Shown here: positions 33,961-51,203 of the stretch, in pieces
Numbering within the stretch: the stretch's first letter is position 1
Layout of the letters: each line of letters begins with the position of its first letter
From: Salpingoeca rosetta
Taxonomy: Eukaryota; Protista; Choanoflagellata
Length of the DNA: 64,000 nucleotides
NCBI GenBank assembly: GCA_033442325.1
Contig: JAWQFM010000004.1
Coordinates: 1,182,406 to 1,246,405, forward strand
Direction: 5' to 3'
Notes under the pieces: generated by a model
What the model was told of the DNA's origin: nothing
Databases searched by the model: none
The model's input: only the letters and a program-made list of their open reading frames with translations
Program-made: the position numbers and the translations under genes

Positions 33961-35293
33961 CTATGCGTCTGCTCTGTGCTCGTCCAGGAGGCGGAGCGCC
34001 ACGTCCAGGCCAACCTTGAGGTCTTGCTCCAACTGCGTCAGCTCGGCGTCACTGAACCGCCGATTCAACACCTGCCGCTTCCACACTGCAAACGCCGCGT
34101 TCGCCTTTGGCCGGCACTCCGTCAGCAGCCGTCGCACAAGTGGTTTGGCTGCGTTGGGCCGCAGCGCAAGCGCATGGTGCACGGGCATGCGCTTTGCCCG
34201 CACCTGTTTCTTCTCGCCCGTCACGGCCACGGCCACGCTGCACACGTCCCGCAGCTGCGCCTGGTCCGCCTCGCTCATGTGCTCCGCAATCGACGGCTCC
34301 CGGTCAATAAACCGCAGGTCCCGCTGCAGCGTGCTCTTGAACGTCTCATATGCGCGCGTGAGCAGCACCACCCCTGGCGCGCGGTCGCCAAAGCGCAGCA
34401 GGCCAAACAGCGCCGCCTCAAACGACAGCACGTAGGCGAGATACGGCCCCTGCGGCTCGCCCTTCAGCAGCGACGACGCAAACACGTGCAGGTCCTGCTC
34501 CCGTGTTGTTCGCGGCCGCGCGCGGTACGGCGGGTCCTTGTTTGGAAGGTGCAGCAGCTTCGTCGCGTCCAGGCACACGTGGTACATGTACTGGGTGCAC
34601 ATGTGGTTGAGGATGAGCTGCTGCTGGAGCGACTCGAGTTCCCCCAGCAGCGAGGGCAGGTCCAGGCGTGCATCCGCGTGCTCGCCACCGCCACCACCCT
34701 CCTCCCCGTCCAGATCCTCCAGCGTCACGGCCATCGCCGCCCGGAACGTCACCTCCCACGATGTGAGCGAGGCCGACCGCGGCGTGAGCAGGTCAAACGC
34801 AGACGCGTGCGCGCCGAGTGCAGCAACAGCGGCGGGCCGGAACCGGGCATGTGCACGCACGCGCTTGCGGGTGAGAATCTCATACACGAGGAGAGAGAAG
34901 GCATAAGCCTGCGCCTGTGAGCTGGCGTTGTCTGGTTTGGCGTCGCACTCTGGCGGCAAGTAGAGCAAGCGGTCGCTTGATGTCTCGCGCGTCACGCCAG
35001 ACAGGCGCCGGCTAAAGTCTGCACAGTGTGAACAGAGGATGGAGATGGAGTCGCGGGGGTTGAGACGCGGGAGAGGGGGGTTGTGAGAACGAGCATGGCG
35101 AAGCAGTAACAGGATGACACTGCAAAAGGAAAGGCGTGTGTGTGTGGCTGACGGGCAAGCAGGGAGGCCAACAGGCAGCCGTAAACGCTCAAAGACCAGA
35201 CGGGACAGACACAATTACGTTCAAACACACACATGACGCGCGCACACACACACACACATGACGCACACACACATGACGTACGCATGCACACAT

Positions 35294-35330
<37 letters not shown>

Positions 35331-37372
35331 ACGCACCGAAATCGAAGAGCATCCCCTTGAGCTTGTTGCCTGAGGAGGGCATGAAGCGAATGTGCTTGTG
35401 GTAAATGCACGGCAGGCGCATTGCCTTGTCCTCACACCACTGCAGCGCCTGGCCCACATCAAGCATCGCCGTGTACAGCTGCTCCTGGGCCGTGGTGGCG
35501 TTGGTGAGCGCGTCGCGGAACGGCGTGTACGACGGCACGGCCGCAATGTATGCAAAGCGGCCCGCCACCCGGTCCACAAAGTAGTAGCGCGCCACGCGCC
35601 GGTGCCTGTTGGCGACGAGCAGGTCAAGGTCCTTCAGGGCGCGCTTGGCAACGCGCGACGTCAGGTTTGGGCTGATGGGGCACTCCACCAGCACGACCAG
35701 GGCGTGCTTGGCAAGTGCAATGCTCCCATCCGCCTTCTCCTGCCTCCATGACCCCCTGAACACACGCGCAAACCGCTCGTCTGCCAGGTTTGGCTGCGCC
35801 GTGGTCTCGTCCACCTCGTAAGCAATCCCCCCACCCGCCGCACTGCTGCTGCCGCCAGTCCTCTTCGCCGCTCCTGCGCTTAACGACGACGACGACGACG
35901 ACGACAATGACGACGCAGCACCGGCCAGCTTGGCGCGCTTGGCAGGCTGCTCGTCGGAGCCCGACACAAGGAGGTGGTCCTCCAGGGACTGCTTGTCCTC
36001 AGGCACATCATCGCACGGGTTGCCCGATTTCTCAAGCAGCGGGCTGCCTTCCTGGAAACAGTACCACTTGCCAGACTGCACAGTTTGCACGTACTCACGC
36101 GGCAGGCACCGCCACTTGTTGCACGAGTCGCACTGAATCCAGTCGACGACCTCGTGCTCTGACAGCTCGCTGTGCGATATCTTCTTGTACGCCCTGGTCT
36201 CGCGGGCCTGGTCATACTCCACAAACACGTCGTGCAGCCGCAGCAGCAGCCGCTGGTACATGTGGTTGTTGTGGAACTCCTGCTTGTTGTCGTGCGGCAC
36301 AAAGTGCTTCTTGGGCAGCTCTGCCAGCAGGATCACGCCAAGGCCCTGGTGCGGCGACGTGATGTGGGCCGCCTGTCGCAGAAACGAGCAGATGAGGCAG
36401 TTGGCCGAGTACAGCATGATGCCACCGAGCTTCTTGCGCTTGTACATCTCCGAGAACCCGATGCTGATGCGAATAACGTCTTCATCGTCGTCCTTAACGG
36501 CGAGCGGTTTCATGTCGTCCACTTCTTCCTCCTTCTTCACCAGCGCCTTTGCAGCGTCCGCCCCATAGTCTTCTTCGTCTTCTTCTTCTTCCTTCTTGGG
36601 CCTCGCCTTCAGGATGGGCTTCATCTTCACATCCGTGCGCCCCTCCTCCTCCTCCTCCTCCTCCTCCTCCTCCTCCTCCTCCTCCTCTTTCTTCATCTTC
36701 ATCTTCATCTTGGGGTTCGGTTCCTCCTTGACTTCAGACTTCACTCCCCTCTTCACCCTATCCAACATCCCCTCATCATCCTCCTCTTCCTTCAACTCCT
36801 CCTCCTCCTCCTTGATCTCCTTCTTCACAATCGCGCCACCACCACTGCCCCCGCTGCCGTTGGCTGCGCCCGGTCTGCGCTTTGGCTTGAGCGCCTTCAC
36901 CTTGAGTTCGCTCACCTGCACATCAGACAGGTCCTGCTCCAAACTCCGCCGCTCCACCAGCTTATCGTGCAGAAACACGCGCAGGTCAATGCCGTGCGGG
37001 TGCTGGCGGGAGGGCGGGCGCGTCTGCAGTGTGCGGTACATGATGGCCACGTATTTGCGCAGGGAGTAGTCCATCTCAATGTCGTCTGCCAGCACACCGT
37101 CCTTCACTTTGCGCTGGTAGTGCTGCCGGTTCCCGTCGAGGTCCTCCTGCCAGATGCGGAAGTCGTCCGGCACACTCGTCATGTCGAGCTCGGGCCTGCA
37201 GCGGGGGATGGGTGCGCATGGATGAGAGGGAGAGAGAGAGAGAGCTTGTGCGTGTGTGTGTGTGTGTGTCTGTGCGTGTCTGTGTGTGTCTGTGTGTGTG
37301 TGTGTGTGTGTGCGTGTGTCTGTGCGTGTGTCTGTGTGTGTGTCTGTATGTGTGTGTCTGTATGTGTGTGTC

Positions 37373-37404
<32 letters not shown>

Positions 37405-39200
37405 GTGAAGCTCGACACAGGTGAAGTACACGTGTACAACATTTGCCCCGCCCCCCTTTTTCCTGCCTCAAGAAAACTGACTGCATGTAACCGTAGGAGT
37501 CTTCCTTCTTGACGAGGTCGCTGATGAGGATGGTGGTGCCGCTGGTCTGGTTCTCGTGCATCCAGCGCCCCACAAACAGCTGGTTGATCACCTTCGTTCG
37601 CTCCATGATGCGCTGCAGTACAGAGTCAAACTCCTGCTGGTTCTCTGCTCCCAGAACCCAGAGGGGAGGAAGCAAACATGACATATGGAGGTGAGTAGGT
37701 CGTGATGGTGGTGATAATGATGATGATGAGGCGGGATCATGACAGAGCACAGACACAATACTGCATTGCATTTGATTCCTACACCCACGCGTTCTCGCGC
37801 ACACGCACACGCAGACACGCACGCACACACACACACGCACACACACACACACCTGCAGACACACACACACACGCAGAGACACACACCTGCGTCGGCGTGT
37901 CCGCCTGACCCGATGTTGAGCTTGGTTGTTTCGCACATGATGTCGTCTTCGCCAGTGGGGCCGCGACGAGAGAGAACACCAATACAGACGCTGTTGTGCT
38001 GTATGGAGCGGGTCAGCACGACAGCGTGGTGTCCAATGCGCATGGAGCCCGTCTTGAAGCCATACCCGAACCGCCCACTGCGATGGGTGTCGCTCACGTC
38101 CTGCAGGCACAGGGGCACAAGCACATGTGACCCGTGAGGTTCGTTGGAGAGGAGAGAGGAAGAGAAGATTGGGCACGCCAATCGCAGTGGCACGCGAACG
38201 CACACTCGAGCGCACACAAAACAACCCGCAAACAAAATGCATGCACAAACACAAATACACACACGCACACATACACACGCACGCACGCACGCCGCTCACA
38301 CGCACACGCACACGCACACGCACACGCACACGCACACGCACACGCACACGCACACGCACACGCACACGCACACGCACACGCACACGCACACGCACACGCA
38401 CACGCACACGCACACGCACACGCACACGCACACGCACAAGCACATACCTGTTTGCGGCCCAGCTGCATCATGGTATCAATCTCTTCCTTTGACATGCCCA
38501 CGCCGTCATCCCTGAGCTCAATGAGCGTCTCGCCGCCCATGGTCTTTGGCCGGATGCGGACATTGCGCGCATCTGCGTCGCTCGAGTTGTGAATCAGCTC
38601 TGCAAAGGCGCCAAAGATCCACTCGTGTCGCGCGTAGGCTTCCTTGAGCAGGAACGTGGGTGGCAGCGAGAGGCGGCCCTGCACGTGCAGGCCCTTTGGG
38701 CTGTCGACTGGGGTGCTGGTTGGCGTTGACGATGTGGAGGAGCTTGTGCGCTGCCGGTGGTGGCGGTCGTGGAGTTTGAGTCGCAGGTGGCTGGTGTCTG
38801 CGCGTTGCAGTGGGGCGCCGTCGCGGTAGTAGATGCGGAAGCGGCCCATTTGCTTCGGCGTGGCCACAAAGTATATGCTCGGGTTCTGTGTGTCTGACAG
38901 GATTTCACCCGCCTTTTCGTTCCCCCTGTGATTGAGGCACTTCCACAGCCTGAGCACCTTTCCTTGGCGATCCTCGTCCTCAAAGGACACGTCCAGCGGC
39001 TGCGTGCCTTCGAGGGCCTGGCTGACTGTGTGAATGCGAGGAGAAACGCCACCGCCCGCGCGCTTCACCTTCAGCAGGAGCACGCCCTGTGTTGGCCAAC
39101 CAGGCGGCAGGATGCTTCGGTCCATCTTGCACTCGCTGATGAAGGCTGGCCCGGTGGGTTCGTCTTGAAACAGCTTGAAGGTGATGGTGTCCCCGCTCAT
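33961..39200 (-). CDS. MORC: MORC-family GHKL ATPase with S5 domain, CW zinc finger and C-terminal protein-kinase-like (pseudokinase) domain (about 5 exons)
   Basis: [75 protein letters not shown]; CW finger [14 protein letters not shown]...WYC...CDDVPE; kinase-like segment at about 34700-35800. Approximate exons 39200-38448, 38101-37886, about 37650-37482, 37196-35337, 35018-33961. Confidence 0.9.
38297..38437 (+). repeat. (GCACAC)n hexamer microsatellite in MORC intron 1
   Basis: More than 20 perfect copies; reads (GTGTGC)n on the sense strand just after the donor. Confidence 0.95.
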
Positions 39201-39616
39201 GGTTGGTAGTTGGCGGTTGGTTGCATGCAGAGAGAGGGAGGGTAGTCGTTGCTGTCGAAAGCGACTGCTGGACTGCTGGCTTGCGACGTCGACTAGCCAA
39301 TGGAGCAACGAGCACTTTGCCTCTTTGCAGGCGCTGAACACAAGCAGAGAGGGGGACGGAATGCCAGCTCCCCTCTTTCCTTGGCCAAAATCAAACGGTG
39401 TACGCGTGCACCCACGATGATGTCCGCAAGCGAGCACAACAACAGCCAAAGCAGCCAACAACAGCCAAAGCAAGGCGAGTGACGCAGGCGTGGTGGTCTT
39501 CTTCGTCGTGTTGTTTGTGGTGTGGTGGCGGCGCCTCAAACAAAATAAAAAATTGTGTGAATGTGTGCCGCCAAATTCAAATTGTTGTTTGCTTGCTCGT
39601 TGTTCAAGTTGTGGAG

Positions 39617-39643
39617 TTGTTGTTGTTCTTGTTGTTGTTGTTC

Positions 39644-39726
<83 letters not shown>
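39617..39726 (+). repeat. (GTT)n microsatellite upstream of MORC
   Basis: Direct observation. Confidence 0.95.
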
Positions 39727-40276
39727 CGTGGTGGTGGCGACGGTGGGTGGTGGCGATTGCGGCAGAAGGGTGAAGGCATGAGGCCGTGATGATGTTTATT
39801 ACGTAGATTGTTGTGCTGTTGGTGTGCGAGTTATTTATTAAAGTTGGTGAGGTCAGGTACATGACATTCAGTTGTCATGTTGGCGGAGTTCGTTCTTTGT
39901 TACATTTTGTTGATGGTCTTTCGTTCGGTTGTTGTTCCTCGTCGCTATCGCCGTCATCATCATCATGGACATCACCATACACGCCCTTGCTCCCAGTCTT
40001 TCCCTTCGTCCTTTTTTCTTTCTTCTTCTTCGTAGCTTCGTCTTTCTTTCTTTCCTTCTTCTCCCCCCCCCCTTTTTCCTTTCCTTCTTGGCTCTGTTGA
40101 CAGTGCGACAACCTGCTGCCCCTTGCTGAAGCTTTCGTTGTTGATCCCGCCTTCACGCGTTCGCGTGCGTACAACGATGAAAGCGCAGGACCAAAAGCCG
40201 CATCAGTCGCACGAGTGAAAAGGGGAGTTGTGATGAGGTGCTGTGAGTTTGATTGTTTCAATCCTAAAATGCACAG

Positions 40277-40308
<32 letters not shown>

Positions 40309-40536
40309 CGCACGCATACACACACGCACACACAGACATACAGACTACAACCGGAACAAAGCGACGAGAGCGAAAAGCAACACGCACGCACTGGTGTGTA
40401 ACAAAGGGCAAAAGAGGCACAGATGTGACATGGTGTGAAGCGGACAACACAATTCAACAGCACATCACGGCACGAAGAGCACGCCGTGTAGTTGTCTTGG
40501 TAGTTGCTGGAGAGAAAGGGGTAGGCAAAGGCCCAG

Positions 40537-42952
<2,416 letters not shown>

Positions 42953-43073
42953 CGTGCCGGTCACTACTGTTTATGGTGTTATTTATTGACGATTGAGCCG
43001 GCCCGATTGAGCCCCCGATTGAGCAACGACGCGCAAGATCCACTTCCACGACGAACGACACACAACCCACAAG

Positions 43074-43323
43074 ATGAAGGCGACGCAGGCGCAGCGAGCG
43101 GCACAGGCAGCGGCCAACGCAACGCGGCCGTTCAGGCGCAGGAACCTGGCGGTTGGCGCTGTGTTGTTTGGCTTTGTGGGCTCCGTGTACGCATACACAA
43201 TCCTCTCCGTCAAGCAAGAGGACTTCTCTGACGTGCAGCCCGTGCTTCCCACCCACGGCCAGAAGGTGTGTGTGTGTGTGTTTGCAAGCTTGGGTCGGCG
43301 TCTTTGCTGTTGCTGTCGCTGCA

Positions 43324-43400
<77 letters not shown>

Positions 43401-43508
43401 GTGTGCGCACCTGCGTGTCTTTTGCTGGCGTCCTTCCCTTCCTTCTTCCTTCCTGCCTTCCTACCTTGACGTCCTCAATTTTTCCTGACTTGTGTGCAGT
43501 CGAGGTGA
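43074..43508 (+). CDS. COA3: Cytochrome c oxidase assembly factor 3 (CCDC56), 2 exons
   Basis: RPFRRRNLAVGAVLFGFVGSVYAYTILSVKQEDFSDV. Exon 1 43074-43265, exon 2 43500-43508. Confidence 0.85.
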
Positions 43509-43941
43509 ACTAAGGAAGGACCATATCCTGCCCTACCCTCCAGCCCAAGCCTAACGTAACAGAAACTCTCCCCCACGACATGCCTGCGCGATGACGACAC
43601 TGTTGCAGTGCACCTGTCTCCACCTTTTGTGTTTTGCGTCTCTGCATGTCGCGGCGCGAGCAAGTGCTTGATGTCACACTACACCTTTGCTTGTTTGTGT
43701 TTGTGTTGACGCGCATCCTTGTCATCGCACAATGCCACGCACTTCAGTACACGTTTCCCACCCCGCAAATGCTACTTGCGAGCATCAGATTGAGAGAATG
43801 GGAGAGAGAGTGTGTGTGCGTGTGCGTGTGCGTGTGGGGTAGCGGTCACACGAGGCATGCACACACACACACACACGCACATCCCACCTTGAAACTACAT
43901 GGTCCATTGAAGTCTGTTCGCTGTGGCTTTTCAAGTGACGT

Positions 43942-45652
43942 TTATTTGAGCGAGGCAAGACGCGCCAACAAGTCCTGCTCGTCCTTTGTTGCCTGGTCCA
44001 CTTTTGTTGTTTTTGCGGGCATCGACGCCGACGGCACAGAGCTCATCTGCAGTTCAGCACATGCGTGTGTGCGTATGAGTGTGTGTGAATGTGCGTATGA
44101 GTGTGTGTGTGTGTATGAGCGTGTGGGAATGTGAGTGTGCGTTAACGTGTTTACATGGTGAGCAGCAAGGTGCACATGCACATGCCGTGTGAGTGAAGGA
44201 CGCATGCAGGTGCATGCAGGCGACGCTAGACAAGCCTATGAGCGTCTGTGCAAACGCGCAAAGACGTACCGCGCTGGACACGTCGAGGCCAACTTCATCA
44301 AGCACCTGGTTGACCAGGCCCTCCGTCTCATCCTCCATATCGGAGTCGTCAAACGCCGCATCCAACGCATCTTCCACTGATGGGAGCACGGTGCAAGAGG
44401 CAAAGAGCAAGGAACATTGTCAAAACGACGCAGCGCAGTGCCATATGTGAGCCAACACGCACAGCAAACGCACTCCTTGCTAAAATTTGGGGACACACTT
44501 CCTTCCACACACCAACAGAGACACAGACACATACAGGCACACACACACACACAGACAGACAGACAGACAGACACACACACACACACACACACAGACACAG
44601 ACACACACAGACACACACAGGCACACGCACACACACACACTCACTGATTTCCTGGCCCATCTCCATCTTTGTGGTCTGCTCTTCAAACTGTCCCATGATC
44701 TTGGCAATCTCTTGCGGGCTCACGTGCGCATTCATCGCTTGCATCGTCTACACCAAGGCACAAGCAGCAGCAGCAGCCATGTGTAAGAAGCGACGTGATG
44801 GTGGCACGCAGGCATGAAGCGAACGAAGTGAGGGCGAGCAGACAGAAGGCGCATGCACCAGCATACCTTTGCTGCTGTTCCCATTGACTTGGCCATGGTT
44901 GCTGTCGCTTGCATCGTCTGGTCATGCACGATCAGCAACAGCCAGCCAAGGCAAACGAAAGCATGTATGTGTGCGTGTGTGCGTGTGTACATGTGTACAT
45001 GTGTATTTGTGCGTGCGTGTGTGCGTGTGTGTGCGCGTGTGATGTGGGTTGGGATGAGTTGTGAGTGCAACAGCAACAATCGAACATAAACAACACCAGT
45101 GTATGTATAGGCACTCAAACACAGACAGACACAGACAGACAGACACACACACACGCACCGATGCTTGCGATCTGACGGATGCCAAGTTGCCCTTGGCTTG
45201 GTACTGTCGTGTTCTTGACTTTCTCAGCTGCACCAGCTGTTTCGCAAGCGCCTTTGCTGTCTGTTTGGTTCGCAGCAGGACAAAAACAGATTGCCATGGT
45301 TAGTACTGGACACCCGAAGGCAGGCAATAAGGCAGGCAGGCAGAGAGGCAGGCAGGTAGGTAGATGCACGCGTGCACAAACGCCCCCCGCACACACACAT
45401 AGACCCCCGCACACACACATAGACACACACACACACATAGACACAGACACATGCGCGCATGCACACGGTTTGCATCAACTACATCTGCCTCACGTATTCG
45501 TCGCCCTTCTTGGCGGCCGCCTTGATTTGTTGTTGCAGCTTCTGTTCCTCGCGGTCGAGGCGCGCGATTTCTCGCTGCAGCTCGCGCTCCCCTTGCCGCA
45601 GCTCGCGCTGGTGCGATCGCAGCTGCTTCTTCGGGTCTCCTCCTCGTGGCAT
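43942..45652 (-). CDS. CHMP2B: ESCRT-III subunit CHMP2B/Vps2-like (multi-exon)
   Basis: [47 protein letters not shown]...[22 protein letters not shown]-terminal MIM1-like [10 protein letters not shown]. Confidence 0.88.
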
Positions 45653-45923
45653 GATGATAACGTGTCGATGAATGAACGTGAGGACCAAGGAGATGTGGCA
45701 GGTGTCGAGAGTGGTGCGCTGCTGTGGTTTGTTTGCGTTGTTTGTGTGTCGCTCGATGATTCATCAGCAGCCGAAATTTACTGGAAGGTACACGTTAATT
45801 CTCCACAACCACACGACTGAAAAGACGAAGCTCAACTCGCTCGCTCGCTCGTTGCCCACACGCCCTAGCCAACACTCACCTTCACTCACCTTCACTCACC
45901 TTCACACACACACAACAACAAGC

Positions 45924-46088
45924 ATGCAGAACTGGCAGCGCCTGGAGTCGTGGCGGTATGCGTCGAACATCAACAAGTCGGCGAACATGAAGCGGATGCT
46001 TCCTGGTTTCCTGATTGGCACGGGCATGTTTGTGGTTGCCGTTGGTCTGGAGGCCATTGCCAACAGCAAGAAGAAGAGCTCCCACTGA
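45924..46088 (+). CDS. NDUFB3: NADH:ubiquinone oxidoreductase subunit B3 (B12), 54 aa
   Basis: WQRLESWRY...MLPGFLIGTGMFVVAVGLE fits the W-x-R-x-E-x-W-R-Y / PG + TM signature. Confidence 0.8.
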   Translation: MQNWQRLESWRYASNINKSANMKRMLPGFLIGTGMFVVAVGLEAIANSKKKSSH

Positions 46089-46790
46089 GGACACCAAGCA
46101 GCCAGTGCGTGTGTGTATGATGTGTGTGTGTGTATGATGTGTGTGTGTGTGTGATGTGTGTGTGTGTGTGGTGGTTGAAGAAGAGGAAGGAGGAGGAGGT
46201 TAATGAACAGCTGAACCTTGTATGTGTTGTTGTGTGTGCGTTCTGTGTTTGTGTGCTTGTTGGTGTGCACGGATACGGAGCATGAGAAGTGAAAGTGACA
46301 CCACTTGGTACTTGGTGGTTTCCTTGCGGGCTTATCACCCACGTGCGCGTGTTGCCGAGTGCTTGTTCACGTCCTCTTCGTTGAGGGCTCTGCAGTTGTG
46401 CACCATGTGTTTGTTTTTGGTGTTGTCTTTGTTCAACTCAACGGCTTGTTCCATCTGTTGCTGAGCGTTTCTGTTTTGGTTGTGTTTATTGTACTCTATG
46501 GACAACCGACATGCAAGCGGCTTTGTTTGTACACTCCGCTTGTGCTTGGTTTGTGTGCCCCAGTCTTCCTCTGTCATGCGGCGTGGCGTTGGCTTCACAC
46601 CGCTGCCAGCAGCAGCACACAGAAGTAAACACACACAGCCTCATGCTCAGCCTCAACAGCCAACCTTACATGTCATAACGCGACACAAGAGGGGAAGGGG
46701 GCTGGTCACAAGGGAAAGGGTAGAGGCGTCATCAGAGAACAGAAGAACAGGACCACCCACTCTTCATCCTCTACATGCGCAACACCACGA

Positions 46791-48278
46791 TTACATTTCA
46801 ATGCCGTACGCCTCAAACCCGCGCGTGACAATGTTGAGTTGCACGTGCACCGTCCCCATGGTCTTGGTCTTCAGCTTGAACCGATCAACCTGCGTGTGAA
46901 CTGCACCGAACAAAGTGTGTGTGTGTGTGTGTGTTGCGGAGAGGGGGGAGGGGAGGGTTTGAGCGTTGATGTGTGTGTGTGTGTTGCGGAGAGGGGGGGG
47001 GGAGGGGAGGGTTTGAGCGTTGATGTGTGTGTGTGTGTGTGACGTGTGACGATGTATGAAAAAAGGGGGCGCAAGTGGTTTGTGAGATGATGACAGGAAC
47101 GCACACAGCGTGGTTAACAAGAGCAGTGTTCAGGGCCATCTCCTTGTGGTCACGAACCAGCATCGTCAGACTTCAACTGCAAACTTCCCCCAACAAGTGA
47201 CTCTGCATTGGAGGGCGTGTTCGTGCGTGTGCATGCGTGTGCATGCGTGTGTGTGTGTGTGTGGTGAGGTGGGTGGGAGTATGTTACTCAAAAGAGGTAT
47301 TGCTGTCACGTGATACAAACAAGCAAGCATACGCGACACGCACACAATGCACACAATGCACACACACACACACAATGCACACAATGCACACACACACACA
47401 CACACACGCACAGACAGTACACGTACGATAGAAAGACTCGATGCCTGATGTACTTGGTTGACAACACGCGCATTCAAGGGTGTGACTGCCCGGTGACATG
47501 GGTATGTGACAAACGCCGTATCCATCTGCATGGCAGCATGGCCACGCGCAGCATGCGTGACACGAGTGAGCAGGTTTCAAGGTGAGAGGGAAGAACAGGG
47601 ATGACCGCACAGACAAGACAGACGAAAGGACAGACAGAAAGAGAGACGGACGAACAGACAGAAAGAGAGACAGACGGACAGACAAAGAAACAGAGATAGA
47701 GAGAGACAGAGAGACACAGACACAGACAGACACACACACACGCACACACACACACAGACAGACACATGCACACGTACAAAGTTCGTTGCGGCCGAAGTCG
47801 TCTTGGTGGTACACCTTAAACCCGAGCTTGGGCCATCCTTGCATGCTTTGTACTGCAAAGTGCATGTCTGCACACACGCACACGGAGGCGATGGTGGCAA
47901 CCAGAAAGGCGGGCGCAAGAGGGGCAGGAACGCGAAAGTGTGGGGTTCAGCAACAGCAGCAGATGAAACACAGCGAGAGAGAAAGAGAGAGAGAGAGAGA
48001 GTGTGTGTGTGTAAGACAGTCACACACAGTCACACAGAGACACGCACACACACAAACACACAGACAGATAGACAAACAGATACACCCAACTGACCTAGAG
48101 GGTGTGCCCATGTCACGTCGTGGTCTGGGGCGGGTGCGTCCACGTGTGTTCTGCCATCACCAGCGCCGCGCAAGAGCCGCCACCCAGCGCCATGAATGGC
48201 CTCCCACGTGCAGAACAGCGATCGCTGTGGAAACCCGCTCGCCCCTCGCACCTGCCCAAACACAAACACCTCCGCCAT
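46791..48278 (-). CDS. B9D2: B9 domain-containing protein 2 (ciliary transition zone, MKS module; multi-exon)
   Basis: MAEVFVFGQVRGASGF...LFCTW, WAHPLDMHF...QGWPKL...DDFGRNEL, GYGVCHIPMSPGSH, DRFKLKT...GTVHVQL...FEAYGIEM. Confidence 0.92.
46915..47040 (+). repeat. ~50-nt tandem duplication in the last B9D2 intron
   Basis: Two copies of (GT)n-TGCGGAGAGGGGG...GAGGGTTTGAGCGTTGAT. Confidence 0.85.
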
Positions 48279-48282
48279 TCCC

Positions 48283-48351
<69 letters not shown>

Positions 48352-48397
48352 TGAGCGTGTGGGAGGAAGGACAACAACAAACACAAATCCACAAGCA

Positions 48398-48410
48398 GTT
48401 GCTTCGAAAC
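48398..48410. promoter_or_regulatory. Candidate RFX X-box upstream of B9D2
   Basis: GTTGCTTCGAAAC, an imperfect GTTGCY-N-GGAAAC, about 120 nt upstream of the ATG. Confidence 0.35.
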
Positions 48411-48504
48411 GGTTTTTCGCCACACAAGAAGAAGAAAGCAAGAAAGCAGGAAGAACAAGAAGCACGAACAGCAGCAGCAACAACACTGCACGAACACCAA
48501 CACC

Positions 48505-51203
<2,699 letters not shown>

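Noticed and set aside
38094-39779. 561-aa ORF suggesting a signal peptide or TM segment ahead of MORC
   Set aside because: The upstream part is (CAA)n repeat and promoter-like sequence; the ATG at 39200 is the more plausible start.
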